DNA from: Deltaproteobacteria bacterium
GTDB taxonomy: Bacteria; Desulfobacterota; JADFVX01
Direction: 5' to 3'
DNA length: 37,045 nt
NCBI GenBank assembly: GCA_029860075.1
Contig: JAOUBX010000044.1
Span: 1 to 37,045, forward strand
Shown here: piece after piece, positions 16,960 through 27,704 of the stretch
Position numbering within the stretch: the first letter of the stretch is position 1
Layout of the letters: every line of letters begins with the position of its first letter
The notes under the pieces: generated by a model
Databases searched by the model: none
Told to the model about the DNA's origin: nothing
What the model saw: the letters and a program-made list of their open reading frames with translations, nothing else
Program-made: the position numbers and the translations under genes

Positions 16960-17627
16960 TGGCCAGAAAAACACGAAAAATTGGTGGGTTTGCTCAGCTA
17001 TGGCAGCGACATGAAAATCTCTATCATTCTATATGCTGCAATGCTCTTGCACAGCTTATTATTACCGATGATCAGCGTAAGGATGAGGATGCCATATCCG
17101 AAGCGCTTTGCCCAATCTTACTACAGGTGTGCTTCAGTCATCCTGATAAACCAAAGCCCCCTGAATGGGAACTTCCGATTGCGCCCGTAAGTAGTGTTGA
17201 CCTTAAAGGAGGTAAAGTCCGAAAGCGTCCGGATTTTACCTGCACACTTGTAAACACATTTGCCGATTCCTGCGAGATGTATGCAATAGCTCTTCACATC
17301 GAATGTAAGCGGCTGGGCAAAAAAATTGGCTCATGGGACCTTAATAAAAACTACATCGAAAATGGTGTGAATCGCTTTGACTCCAGAACACATGAATACG
17401 GCAAATATGCACCATGCGGGATAATGATAGGATACATCGTAAATTCAGAAAAGAATGATGTTCTTAATGATGTCAATAGTCGTTTGCCGTCAACAATATC
17501 GGCACTTAAGTTTTCTTTCGCTACAAAAGTTGAACATTGCGATTCTTTATTCAACCGTAACTGCGTTGCTCCAAAGCAATTCAAACTGATTCATATCTGG
17601 GTAGATTTAACTGGTAACGCTCAATAA
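16959..17627 (+). CDS. Putative PD-(D/E)xK nuclease, translationally coupled to the methyltransferase (candidate restriction component)
   Basis: 222 aa. GTG start overlaps the MTase TAG (taGTG). The sequence RPDFTCTL...x...IALHIECKR gives a PD-x23-E-C-K motif. There is no other recognisable domain. Confidence 0.45.
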   Translation: MARKTRKIGGFAQLWQRHENLYHSICCNALAQLIITDDQRKDEDAISEALCPILLQVCFSHPDKPKPPEWELPIAPVSSVDLKGGKVRKRPDFTCTLVNTFADSCEMYAIALHIECKRLGKKIGSWDLNKNYIENGVNRFDSRTHEYGKYAPCGIMIGYIVNSEKNDVLNDVNSRLPSTISALKFSFATKVEHCDSLFNRNCVAPKQFKLIHIWVDLTGNAQ

Positions 17628-17828
17628 ATGAAATAAGTGTGGGGAAAAGGGGACAAAGGTTCTCTTCAAAGCATTAACGGCGCACCTCTTTAAGAAGTAC
17701 GCCGTTTTTTATGTAGTGAAAATCTATATTCATGAAGCCAGGAAAGGTATTAAGCTTTAAAACACAAAAAAAGGGTGGGCATAATGCCTACCCTCTTGTT
17801 ATTAGAAAGGTCTTTTTTTCTCTCTATC

Positions 17829-18284
17829 TTATGAGTGAACCAAATACTCCAGTTCAGAACCACTGATCTGGTGGAAGTTGAGATATTTGTAGATTCTGTC
17901 CGTTGCATCAGCGGTAATCTTCTTGGGAACGATCTCCATATATTCACTTGCTGATGGAAGACGGCCAAGCATGGCAGTAACAGCGGCAAGCTCGGCGCTA
18001 CCGAGGTAAACCTGTGTACCTGTTCCAAGCCTGTTGTTGAAGTTTCTTGTTGATGTTGAGAATACGATTGTGTTGTCGCCAACTCTTGCCTGGTTACCCA
18101 TGCAAAGTGAACAACCCGGGATCTCTGTTCTTGCACCTGCAGCGCCATAGATAGAGTAGTAACCCTCCTGCTGTAGCGTTTTCTCATCCATTTTTGTTGG
18201 AGGACAAATCCACAGTTTTGTTGGAACCTGACCTTCACCTTGCAGTACTTCACCAAGCGCTCTGAAGAGACCGATATTTGTCAT
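17829..18284 (-). pseudogene. Orphan 3' fragment of aconitase B (last 151 codons) with its own copy of the terminator hairpin
   Basis: The protein is 148/151 identical to the C-terminus of the 853-aa AcnB at 20560..23121. Nucleotide identity is only ~90% (rough by-eye estimate), with mostly synonymous changes. The repeat spans 17757..18316, including a degenerate copy of the acnB terminator (gggtgggcataatgcctaccc). Confidence 0.85.
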
Positions 18285-18452
18285 ACAGCTTCCGACAAAT
18301 ACTTCATCGATCTTTTAGTTGACAGCTTTCTTTATCACTCTTATTATACGATTAGAATGAATGATGAATACGGTGCTTTAAGTAAAGCTTATTTTAAAGC
18401 ATAAACATTCATTTCCCATCTTTCACTTTAATCTGAATAAAAGGAGTGCCCT

Positions 18453-19163
18453 GTGGATAAAATTCTTCTCGTTGATGATTCCGAATTTTTTATTGTTTTA
18501 ATCAAGTCACTTCTCGATGCCAGAGGCTGTAATGTTCTGACGGCTACTGACCCGAAAGAAGCACTTCAAATTCTCAAACAAGAAAAACCCAAGCTCATAC
18601 TTCTTGATCAGTACATGCCTGACATGACAGGGGATGAATTTTGCAGGAAAGTAAAAGAGAATGAGGACACGAAAGATATTGCCGTAATTATGCTGACTGT
18701 TTCCGATAAAGAGGAAGACAGAGAAAAATGTTTTGCCGCAGGTTGTGATGAATTCATTACCAAGCCAATATGCAAGGAAGAGTTCCTTGCTGTCATATCA
18801 AAGTACATACAAATCTATGAGCGAAAACAGGAGAGATATCCCATCTATGAAAGCATGAAATATCACCTTAATGGTGTTGAATATTCAGGTCATGTTCACT
18901 CTGTCAGTCAAAGAGGCTGTTTTATCATGGGAGAGGAAATGCTTAGCGAGGATACTCTCATTACATTAAAGTTTCCCATCTCCAAAGTGCACGACGAGGT
19001 CAATGTGATAGGAAAAGTGGTCTGGAATTTCGATTCAAAAAAAGAGAAATTTCCGCACATCCCGGAATCAGGTCATGGTATGGGCATCCAATTCATTGAA
19101 ATCAGTGAAGAGGATGAAGAGGCCATTGCTAAATATATAGCCCTCGGTGATTTTGTAGTATAA
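18453..19163 (+). CDS. Response regulator with CheY-like receiver and C-terminal PilZ (c-di-GMP-binding-like) domain
   Basis: Receiver motifs are present (LLVDDSEF..., phospho-accepting D in LILLDQYMPDMTG, and K in FITKP). The C-terminal part has PilZ-like VSQRGCFI and GMGIQF motifs. GTG start with an AAGGAG RBS. Confidence 0.75.
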   Translation: MDKILLVDDSEFFIVLIKSLLDARGCNVLTATDPKEALQILKQEKPKLILLDQYMPDMTGDEFCRKVKENEDTKDIAVIMLTVSDKEEDREKCFAAGCDEFITKPICKEEFLAVISKYIQIYERKQERYPIYESMKYHLNGVEYSGHVHSVSQRGCFIMGEEMLSEDTLITLKFPISKVHDEVNVIGKVVWNFDSKKEKFPHIPESGHGMGIQFIEISEEDEEAIAKYIALGDFVV

Positions 19164-19428
19164 ATGAGCAAGCGTAATCCGGATACAATCCCGGAAAAAA
19201 TATAAAACCCGGAATCCGCTCAGCTTAGCGCCATCCACTCTACAATAAAAAACCGTATTGATGGGTTTCGTTTCACTGCACCCATCCTTGATTTAAGCAT
19301 TTTTAAGAAGGGAAAAACTTAGGCCCGCTTAAGAATCACCGCTCCACCCTGTCCACCACTGATACAGAGGGAAGTTTTGTAGCGTGGGCATTGCCCATTT
19401 TACCGAGCTAAGTTAGATGAAAATGGTC

Positions 19429-20346
19429 CTAATGAATTAGAATAAATAGTTCGTTTAAATTTTCTTCGATAATTGAGCCATCTTCATTAATCCAATCAAT
19501 CGAATTCATCGACTCTTTCTGAAATTGTATCTCATAACTGGTTTTTTCCCACTCTTGATCTTCAAGAAAAGTGTGCAGTGAGGAGGATTGGAAATTAATG
19601 ATAATTAATCCATTTTCGTTAGATTTATATTCAGCTTTTGCCAATTTCAATTTTGCCAAGACTTCTTCTCTTTTATCCGTTTTTTCAATAGAAAGGTAAT
19701 ACTCTTTAGGTACACTAACACTGATAAGAGGTATCGCAATTAAAGAATAGATTGATGCAAAGATAATAGATCTTACTGGCCTTGGGCTTGATTCCTCTTC
19801 TTTACTCCCTATTTGATTGTTTGTGATAACAACCGTTCCTGCTATAAAGTCATGCAATGCTCTTTTCTTTTTGTTTAACAGTAATACCATTAATTCACTG
19901 GCATACCATAAATTCTGAATGTAAAAGAGGATATAACTGAAAAGTGTTGTGTTGGAATGTAGGAATACTGACCTGTCATCAAATGACAGGGTAAAGTAAC
20001 TTTGTAAATCGGTGAGTGAAAAAAGAGTTGTCAATAATGATATAAGAAGGATTATGCTGAAAAAAATATCAACGGAATTTCTTAGGATTGCTTCTTTAAA
20101 GGATATTTTACTTCCATCCAATTTCGTTATGCGAATTCTTGCTATTAATTTTCCGGGAGATATTCCATATTTTGCATTAAGAACAACTATAAAAATAGAA
20201 AATGAAAGATAAGTTACAGTTAATATTGAAACTTCTAGAGGAATTGATGGCTGCTCAAATGCCACTATGATTTTATAAAGAATTACAACAAATGAGACAT
20301 CAATTAAAACTGCAAGGAGTCTTCTCCAAAATCCCGCATAAATCAT
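19429..20346 (-). CDS. RDD-family membrane protein with a C-terminal extracytoplasmic domain
   Basis: The N-terminus (YAGFWRRLLAVLIDVSFVVILY) is typical of an RDD domain, with several TM helices and a C-terminal soluble domain. Confidence 0.65.
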   Translation of the reverse strand: MIYAGFWRRLLAVLIDVSFVVILYKIIVAFEQPSIPLEVSILTVTYLSFSIFIVVLNAKYGISPGKLIARIRITKLDGSKISFKEAILRNSVDIFFSIILLISLLTTLFSLTDLQSYFTLSFDDRSVFLHSNTTLFSYILFYIQNLWYASELMVLLLNKKKRALHDFIAGTVVITNNQIGSKEEESSPRPVRSIIFASIYSLIAIPLISVSVPKEYYLSIEKTDKREEVLAKLKLAKAEYKSNENGLIIINFQSSSLHTFLEDQEWEKTSYEIQFQKESMNSIDWINEDGSIIEENLNELFILIH

Positions 20347-20490
20347 GTTTAAAACCCCTTTTTAGAAATAGACTAACAGCATAAAGAATGAGAATAGACT
20401 AAATCACAATTAAGAAAAGATTGCAATATTTAGGGTGGAAAAGTTTTTTACTTTTTAAAGGGAAGAAGAGATTTAGAGCAAGAGGTAGTG

Positions 20491-20524
20491 AAATAAAAAA
20501 AGGGTGGGCATTTAATGCCCACCC
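20491..20524 (-). terminator. Rho-independent terminator of acnB
   Basis: Perfect hairpin gggtgggcat-tta-atgcccaccc at 20502-20524, followed on the minus strand by a U-tract (the + strand A-run at 20491-20501). It lies 36 nt downstream of the acnB stop. Confidence 0.8.
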
Positions 20525-20559
20525 TCTGTTTAATAGAAAGGTCTGTTTTTCTCTCTTTC

Positions 20560-23121
20560 TTAGTGAACCAGGAATTCCAGTTCAGAACCACTGATTTGGT
20601 GGAAGTTGAGATATTTGTAGATTCTATCCGTTGCATCGGCAGTAATTTTCTTGGGAACTATCTCCATGTACTCACTTGCTGATGGGAGACGACCCAGCAT
20701 GGCAGTAACAGCAGCAAGCTCGGCACTACCGAGGTAAACCTGAGCACCTGTTCCAAGTCTGTTGTTGAAGTTTCTTGTCGATGTTGAGAATACGATTGTG
20801 TTGTCACCAACTCTTGCCTGGTTACCCATGCAAAGTGAACAACCCGGGATTTCTGTTCTTGCACCTGCAGCACCATAGATGGAGTAGTAACCCTCTTGCT
20901 GAAGTGTTTTCTCATCCATTTTTGTTGGAGGACAAATCCACAGCTTTGTTGGAACCTGACCTTCACCTTGCAGTACTTCACCAAGCGCTCTGAAGAGACC
21001 GATATTTGTCATACAGCTTCCAACAAATACTTCGTCGATCTTTTCATTTGGTCTCTTGTCATCAGCTAAAATTTCAGTCAGTGTAGCAACATCATCAGGA
21101 TCATTAGGGCAACAGAGAATAGGCTCTGTGATCTCGTTAAGATCGATCTCTATGACAGCTGCATATTCTGCATCAGAATCAGCTTCAAGAAGTTCAGGAT
21201 TTGCGATCCACTCTTTCATCTTATCAGCTCTTCTCTGAAGCGTGTTGGTATCTTCATAGCCTTCAGCAACCATCTGCTCGATAAGTTTGATGTTTGATTC
21301 AAGAAATTCGGTGACAGGCTCTTTATTGAGCTTAACGGTACAGGCGGCAGCACTTCTTTCAGCCGATGCATCAGAAAGTTCAAAAGCCTGCTCACATTTA
21401 AGATCTTCAAGACCTTCGATTTCCATAACACGTCCGGCGAAGATGTTTTTCTTACCCTTTTTTTCTACCGTAAGATGGCCATCCTGGATAGCCTTATAAG
21501 GAATGGCGTTTACAAGGTCTCTAAGGGTGATACCGGGCTGCATTTCTCCTTTGAACCTGACCAGTACCGATTCAGGCATATTGAGAGGCATGCTGCCTGT
21601 AACACCGGCAAATGCTACAAGGCCGGAACCTGCGGGAAATGAGATGCCGATTGGGAATCTTGTATGGCTGTCACCACCGGTACCGACTGTATCAGGAAGA
21701 CAGAACCTGTTGAGCCATGAGTGGATAACACCGTCACCGGGTCTGAGGATAACACCGCTTCTTGAAGTGATAAACTCAGGAAGTGTATGCTGAAGTTTGA
21801 TATCAGCCGGCTTTGGATAGGCTGCCGTGTGACAGAAGGACTGTAAAACAAAATCGGAACCAAAACCGAGAGCGGCAAGTTCCTTGATTTCGTCTCTTGT
21901 CATTGGTCCCGTTGTATCCTGGGAGCCTACCGTTGCAGCGACAGGCTCAACATACATACCCGGTCTTACACCTGCCATACCGCAAGCTTTACCAACCATT
22001 TTCTGTGCCAGAGTATAGCCTTTGCCCGTATCGGCAGGTTGCTCAGGCTGAGCGAACATATCAGATGCGCCCAGGCCCAGCGCTTCTCTTGCTTTGGCAG
22101 TGAGGCCTTTTCCGATGATAAGAGGAATTCTTCCTCCCGCTCTCATCTCGTCAGCCAATGTATTTGGATTGAGTTTAAATGTGTTTACGGTGGAGCCATC
22201 TTTTTCTATGACACCTTCGTAAGGCTTTACAGTGATCACATCACCCGTTTCGAGGTTGGCAACATCAGTCTCGATGGGGAGGCAGCCTGAATCTTCGGCT
22301 GTATTAAAGAAGATAGGAGCGATGGTGTTACCGATAACAATGCCGCCTGTTCTTTTGTTAGGAACACCGGGGATATCTCTACCCATGTGCCACTGAACAG
22401 AGTTGATACCGGATTTTCTACTTGAACCGGTACCTACAACGTCACCAACATAGGCCAGAGGATGACCTTTAGCTTTCAGCTCTTTCATTGTATCGAGAGG
22501 GTTTTCCATCCTTGCAACAAGCATGGAGTTGGCATGTAGCGGGATGTCACTTCTGGTGAAGGCTTCGCTTGCCGGTGAAAGGTCATCTGTGTTTGTCTCA
22601 CCGGGAATCTTGTAGACCGTTACGGTGATCTCTTTTTCCAGTTCAGGCCTGTTTGTAAACCACTCAGCATTGGCCCAGGACTCGATAACCTCTTTAGCCT
22701 TTGCATTGGATGAAGAAAGTTCTACAACGTCATTGAAGGCATCGTAGACCAAAAGGGTGTTTTTAAGTTTATCAGCAGCAAGGTCAGCTACTTCATCAAC
22801 GGTCAGTGCATCGATAAGAGGTTTAACATTGTATCCACCAAGCATCTGGCCCAGTGCATTTACCGCTTCTTCTTTTGATATTGCAGTTGATATATTTCCC
22901 TGTACTACGTCATTTAAAAATGCCGCTTTTACATAGGCCGAGTCATCAACGCCGGGAGCAACGCGTGTAAATAAGAGTTCTTTTAATTTTTCAGTTTCGC
23001 TGTCATTTGCTTTTATCAGTTCGATGACTTCTGCTGTCTGCTCAGGGGTGAGTGGAAGAGGTGGTACATTGAGTGCTGCTCTTTCTTGTACATGTTGATC
23101 ATAGTTTTTTAAAAAATCCAT
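20560..23121 (-). CDS. acnB: Aconitate hydratase B (bifunctional aconitase 2 / 2-methylisocitrate dehydratase)
   Basis: 853 aa, collinear with AcnB (N-terminal HEAT-like region, swivel domain and aconitase catalytic domains, with Cys ligands in the SCMTNIG / GCSLCMGNQ region). Confidence 0.95.
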   Translation of the reverse strand: MDFLKNYDQHVQERAALNVPPLPLTPEQTAEVIELIKANDSETEKLKELLFTRVAPGVDDSAYVKAAFLNDVVQGNISTAISKEEAVNALGQMLGGYNVKPLIDALTVDEVADLAADKLKNTLLVYDAFNDVVELSSSNAKAKEVIESWANAEWFTNRPELEKEITVTVYKIPGETNTDDLSPASEAFTRSDIPLHANSMLVARMENPLDTMKELKAKGHPLAYVGDVVGTGSSRKSGINSVQWHMGRDIPGVPNKRTGGIVIGNTIAPIFFNTAEDSGCLPIETDVANLETGDVITVKPYEGVIEKDGSTVNTFKLNPNTLADEMRAGGRIPLIIGKGLTAKAREALGLGASDMFAQPEQPADTGKGYTLAQKMVGKACGMAGVRPGMYVEPVAATVGSQDTTGPMTRDEIKELAALGFGSDFVLQSFCHTAAYPKPADIKLQHTLPEFITSRSGVILRPGDGVIHSWLNRFCLPDTVGTGGDSHTRFPIGISFPAGSGLVAFAGVTGSMPLNMPESVLVRFKGEMQPGITLRDLVNAIPYKAIQDGHLTVEKKGKKNIFAGRVMEIEGLEDLKCEQAFELSDASAERSAAACTVKLNKEPVTEFLESNIKLIEQMVAEGYEDTNTLQRRADKMKEWIANPELLEADSDAEYAAVIEIDLNEITEPILCCPNDPDDVATLTEILADDKRPNEKIDEVFVGSCMTNIGLFRALGEVLQGEGQVPTKLWICPPTKMDEKTLQQEGYYSIYGAAGARTEIPGCSLCMGNQARVGDNTIVFSTSTRNFNNRLGTGAQVYLGSAELAAVTAMLGRLPSASEYMEIVPKKITADATDRIYKYLNFHQISGSELEFLVH

Positions 23122-23320
23122 TTTTTTCTCTCCATAAATTAATTAATGAATTGTGAGTCGGCTTCATTTTTTAAAGTTAGAGTTTTTACCATAAAATAGA
23201 GATGATTTCAATTGTTTTCGGTGGTTTTAAGCCTTATTTTGGTCAGTTTATAAAGGAAAGGCGATAAATGGGGTATGGTTGAAAAAACTACTTGAAGTCA
23301 TTGTGACCCCACCCTCTCCC

Positions 23321-23944
23321 TCAGGGAGAGGGGATATGATCAGTAATTAATTTCTTTACTATCTCCTCAACTTCCTCTCTTGTCCACTCCCTTACTTCAA
23401 AAGGTCCTGCAATTTTTACCAGATCGCCTACGGTTTGAAACTGCTTTGGGAATTCCTTTTTAAAGGGGACTGTCAGAAGCAGTAAAAAGAAGAAGAGAAA
23501 AACCGAATAAAAGGCGGCCAATTCGAAGTGTTTGTCAGTACCAAGATAGACAGCGGGGAAGACGACAAAAGGCATGGCCAGGTAAATTGCGACCTTGAGC
23601 CATGTGGGCCGGTCAATGGGTTTATAGACCTTTTTACGTGAAGATATGGAGGAGAAGAGAATGGCCCAGTTCTTCTTCCGGTTTTTCCTGCCGAAGATGC
23701 TTTCGAAGCGAGTGTCAAAACGGATTTGATCCCGTGAAAGGCCGAAGTTTTTCATGAGTGATTTTCTGACCGTATAGAAGCCGTGATCGGGATGGCTCAT
23801 TTCATCTGTCCAGTTGTTGAGTTTGGAACGAATAAGCTCTGCCAACATGTCTGGTGAACTGTGCTCAGCCACTTCCTCTTGGGAAAGGGCAATTTGAAAT
23901 TTATCTTCAAGGGCTGATATGAATTTGGGATTAGTCGGTAGCAT
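23321..23944 (-). CDS. Hypothetical membrane protein (2 predicted TM helices)
   Basis: 207-aa ORF with hydrophobic segments (WLKVAIYLAMPFVVFPAVYLG; FYSVFLFFFLLLLTVPF) and no recognisable family. The stop codon sits in the loop of the perfect hairpin ccctctccc-tca-gggagaggg at 23312-23332. Confidence 0.4.
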   Translation of the reverse strand: MLPTNPKFISALEDKFQIALSQEEVAEHSSPDMLAELIRSKLNNWTDEMSHPDHGFYTVRKSLMKNFGLSRDQIRFDTRFESIFGRKNRKKNWAILFSSISSRKKVYKPIDRPTWLKVAIYLAMPFVVFPAVYLGTDKHFELAAFYSVFLFFFLLLLTVPFKKEFPKQFQTVGDLVKIAGPFEVREWTREEVEEIVKKLITDHIPSP

Positions 23945-24122
23945 GATTTTTTGATTGAGATTTTTTAAAGGGAAAGTATACAGGGAAATATTAAAAGGGG
24001 TAAAGGGGTTTTGTTTTGAATGTGTAATTATGTTTTTTTGACCACCCCTTTATACCCTCAGGGGGCATAAATCCATAAAATAGGAAGGGAGAACAGTTCC
24101 GGAGGCCAGGAGGGGTGTTTTA

Positions 24123-25631
24123 TTAAAGTACCGGCTCCATAGGCAGCAGCTTCAAGAAGCCAACTTTCATCCTTTTAAAAATGGACGATCTGGAATCGGC
24201 ATGTTTTACATGGGCCGCCCAGCTGTTTTGTCGCGACATATCCCTTTCGATGTTCTCTTCTACCTGCCTGGCAAGGGAAGGATTGTTTATTAACACACCC
24301 ACTTCTGTATTTAGATTGACTGACCGTGGATCTAGGTTGAAGGTGCCTATATAAAGTGTTTCGCTATCGATGATAAGCGTCTTGGCATGGATTGCAAAGA
24401 TGGGCGGTTCTTTTTCCATCTCCTTATAACGGTCGATAAGCTCCTTCATTACCTCGGGCTGAGGTTTGTATTCGTAAATCTCTATGCCGGCCTTTACAAG
24501 CTTTTTTCGCTTTTTGCTGTATCCGCTGAATGCGAGAATGTTGTCTGTGGAAAGCAGGGAATTGGTGTTGATGCGTACCCTAACGCCTTTCTTTATTAGC
24601 TCTTTAAATAACTCTATTCCCTCGTCGGGCATAACGAGATAGGGCGACTGGATGGTAATGCTCTTTTTTGCTTTTTTTAATTCCTCCACGATGGCCGTCG
24701 TCGTTTTGCCACCACCTTTCAGGCCTTCCTTCCCTTCGTTTTTGCCGGGCAGGTCGCTTATAAACCGCATGTCATCCCAGGTGAGGTTCCGGACCAGTTT
24801 GTCAAACCTTTGAGGTAAATTTTCAAGGGCCTGACGTACATTAGGTGCAAAGTTAGCGCTATCTTTTGCATAGTCATGGAGCTCCTTATATTTGGCCTGG
24901 ATAGTTTTTTTCTTTAAACCCTTCTCCGGATCGCCTATCAACTTTTCTACCGGCACAGAAAGTTTGCTCTTCCAGAAGCGCTCAAAGCTGCTCTCCATAT
25001 CTTCCGCCACAGGGCCGAAGAGGAGGATGTCCCGATCCCTGAAATTATATTCCTGGTCATAATCGTAATATTCATCGGCCATGTTACGGCCGCCGGTAAT
25101 AGCAATAAGGTTGTCGACAATGACGGTCTTGTCATGCATGCGCTGGTTGGATGCCCGAAAATCGCTGAAGAGATTGAAGATGCGTTTGATCTTTGACGTG
25201 CCTACCTTATGTTTTGGATTGTAAATGCGGATATTGACATTAGGGTGCGCCGCCAAAGCCAGCAGGGTTTCGTCGTCGGCATCGACGAGAAGGTCATCGA
25301 CGATAACTCGAATACTGACACCCCTCTCGGCAGCAGTCAACAGCGCTTCCGTCGCCAATATGCCGATATTATCACTGCTCCAGATAAAGTACTGTACATC
25401 AATGGATTTCTCTGCATTCCCAGCCAGCCATGCCCGCGCCATGAGTGATTCCTCCCCCTTTTCAAGAACATAAGCAGCACTTTTGCCTTCATAAGCTGCC
25501 AGAAGTTGTCTCAGGTTGTCCAGGTGTTTTCCTTCAGCCCATGCGGGGCAAGTGTTCATGAGAAATGAGAGAAGGAGGAGAGTGATAAGAGTGAAATTCT
25601 TTCCTGAAATTTTGGAATAACGGGTTTTCAT
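24123..25631 (-). CDS. Phospholipase D-family protein (two HKD motifs; cardiolipin-synthase/PLD-like), secreted or lipid-anchored
   Basis: 502 aa with a signal peptide and HKD motifs HDKTVIVD and HAKTLIIDSETLYIGTFNLDPRS. Confidence 0.8.
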   Translation of the reverse strand: MKTRYSKISGKNFTLITLLLLSFLMNTCPAWAEGKHLDNLRQLLAAYEGKSAAYVLEKGEESLMARAWLAGNAEKSIDVQYFIWSSDNIGILATEALLTAAERGVSIRVIVDDLLVDADDETLLALAAHPNVNIRIYNPKHKVGTSKIKRIFNLFSDFRASNQRMHDKTVIVDNLIAITGGRNMADEYYDYDQEYNFRDRDILLFGPVAEDMESSFERFWKSKLSVPVEKLIGDPEKGLKKKTIQAKYKELHDYAKDSANFAPNVRQALENLPQRFDKLVRNLTWDDMRFISDLPGKNEGKEGLKGGGKTTTAIVEELKKAKKSITIQSPYLVMPDEGIELFKELIKKGVRVRINTNSLLSTDNILAFSGYSKKRKKLVKAGIEIYEYKPQPEVMKELIDRYKEMEKEPPIFAIHAKTLIIDSETLYIGTFNLDPRSVNLNTEVGVLINNPSLARQVEENIERDMSRQNSWAAHVKHADSRSSIFKRMKVGFLKLLPMEPVL

Positions 25632-26197
25632 TTCAGGTAGAGTTTACCTGTAATCAGGAAATATGTAAAGTTGAAGGAAGGCTGCAGATTAAAGGCTTAA
25701 TTTATAAATTGGCTCAGATCAGTATTATGTTCATTTATATTGAAATATATTTCTTTTAACCTTACCCCTAAAGCAACAAAATACAGGGAATAAAAAAACT
25801 TTTCTTTCTATGCTTGACAAAGAATTAAAAATAGATTATCTTTTTTTAAAACGTAATCGAAGCTTAATCCACACTGGATCTATAAACATATCAAACAGCT
25901 CAAGGGGGAATTCCCCTTCTCACTATTTCGAAATCGTACCTTAAAAAGAAGCCATTCAGATATTAATCATTCAAAAAAATAGGACTCTTAACTGCTTGCA
26001 TCTCAAATCCGGATCTTCTTGCATTGAATATATCTGAAAATTCAGCTTTATAATAAAATAAACATCAATTATTTTAGGTTTTGCCCTCGCTGGTTTTGTA
26101 GTGGCATCCTTTCATCAGTAATGGATCAAAAGTCCCTGTTTATCAATATTCTGAATCTAAATCACAATATAAGCATTTATAGCTTGAAGGAGTTAAT

Positions 26198-27445
26198 ATG
26201 AATCTGAAGGACCTTAAAGAGGAGAAGATCGGCAATCTGATCAAGATGGCCGAAGATCTTGGCGTTGAAGGGGCGGCCGGAAAACGAAAGCAGGAACTGA
26301 TATTTGCCATTTTGCAGGCCCAAACGGAAAAGAATGGCATGATATACAGTGAAGGGGTGCTGGAGATCCTGCCTGACGGGTTCGGCTTTTTGAGGGCTCC
26401 CGATTACAACTATCTCCCCGGTCCCGATGATATTTATATCTCTCCTTCCCAGATCAGACGGTTTGGCCTTAGAACGGGTGATACCATTTCAGGTCAGATC
26501 AGACCCCCCAAAGAATCTGAAAGATATTTTGCTCTCCTTAGAGTCGAAAAGATAAACCATGATGAACCGGAAGCGGCAAGAGGGAAAATCTTATTTGACA
26601 ACCTGACGCCGCTCTACCCCGATGAGCATATCAAGCTTGAAACAGACAGAAAGAACTTGTCAGGAAGGATTCTCGATATTGTTGCGCCTATCGGAAAAGG
26701 TCAGAGGGGACTTATTGTCGCCCCCCCGAGAACGGGGAAGACCATGTTTCTCCAGAGCATTGCCAACAGCATTACCATCAATCACCCCGAGGTTTACCTC
26801 ATCGTTCTTCTCATCGATGAAAGACCGGAAGAGGTGACGGATATGATTCGCTCCGTCAAGGGCGAAGTGGTGAGCTCTACCTTCGATGAACCGCCTCAAA
26901 GGCATGTTCAGGTGGCGGACATGGTTATAGAAAAGGCGAAAAGACTGGTTGAGCATAAGAAAGACGTTGTCATTCTTCTTGACAGTATTACACGACTTGC
27001 AAGGGCGCATAATACGGTTACACCTGCCAGCGGAAAGGTTCTCTCCGGTGGTATCGATGCCAATGCCCTCCAGAAGCCGAAAAGATTTTTTGGCGCTGCA
27101 AGGAATATTGAGGAAGGCGGCAGCCTGACGATTATTGCAACGGCCCTTGTCGATACGGGAAGCAGGATGGATGAAGTCATCTTTGAAGAATTCAAAGGAA
27201 CCGGTAATATGGAGAGTCACCTTGACAGAAAGCTCGTCGAGAAGAGAATTTTCCCTGCCATTGATATTAATAAGTCAGGAACGAGGAAGGAAGAACTCCT
27301 CATTGAACAGGAAGACCTCAATAAGATCTGGATACTCAGGAAAGTGCTTCACCCTCTCAATGTTGTAGACAGCATGGAGTTTATCAGGGAAAAAATTGAA
27401 AAAACGAAGAGCAACAGAGAATTTTTCGATATTATGAACAAGTAG
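26198..27445 (+). CDS. rho: Transcription termination factor Rho
   Basis: 415 aa with an N-terminal insertion domain and cold-shock-domain-like RNA-binding domain, a RecA-type ATPase with Walker A (APPRTGKT), Q-loop and R-loop, and the canonical C-terminus. A long AT-rich 5' leader (25632-26197) is consistent with rho autoregulation. Confidence 0.97.
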   Translation: MNLKDLKEEKIGNLIKMAEDLGVEGAAGKRKQELIFAILQAQTEKNGMIYSEGVLEILPDGFGFLRAPDYNYLPGPDDIYISPSQIRRFGLRTGDTISGQIRPPKESERYFALLRVEKINHDEPEAARGKILFDNLTPLYPDEHIKLETDRKNLSGRILDIVAPIGKGQRGLIVAPPRTGKTMFLQSIANSITINHPEVYLIVLLIDERPEEVTDMIRSVKGEVVSSTFDEPPQRHVQVADMVIEKAKRLVEHKKDVVILLDSITRLARAHNTVTPASGKVLSGGIDANALQKPKRFFGAARNIEEGGSLTIIATALVDTGSRMDEVIFEEFKGTGNMESHLDRKLVEKRIFPAIDINKSGTRKEELLIEQEDLNKIWILRKVLHPLNVVDSMEFIREKIEKTKSNREFFDIMNK

Positions 27446-27704
27446 CACTATATCCTGGATATCCCTTTCTGTCGGCTGACGGTGTAAAAGGTGTTATTCT
27501 TGACACCTGCGTACAGCCAATATAGACTGTTTTAGCCCTCGGTTTCTTTTGGAGTCAAGCTTTTGAGCCGCCTTAAATATGAAACGGGATTATAAATTCA
27601 AAGAGAAATTCATTTTATTCAGGAACCTTATCCACCGTTCATCTTCCTCTTGTTTACCTTTCTCCCGGAAACTTTCCTTCTTCCGGAGTAATCCCGGTTA
27701 AACT

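Noticed and set aside
23312-23332. Perfect 9-bp hairpin ccctctccc-tca-gggagaggg at the end of the 23321..23944 gene
   Set aside because: The stop codon lies in the loop and no U-tract follows on the coding strand. It is probably just a stable hairpin or REP-like element, not a demonstrable terminator.
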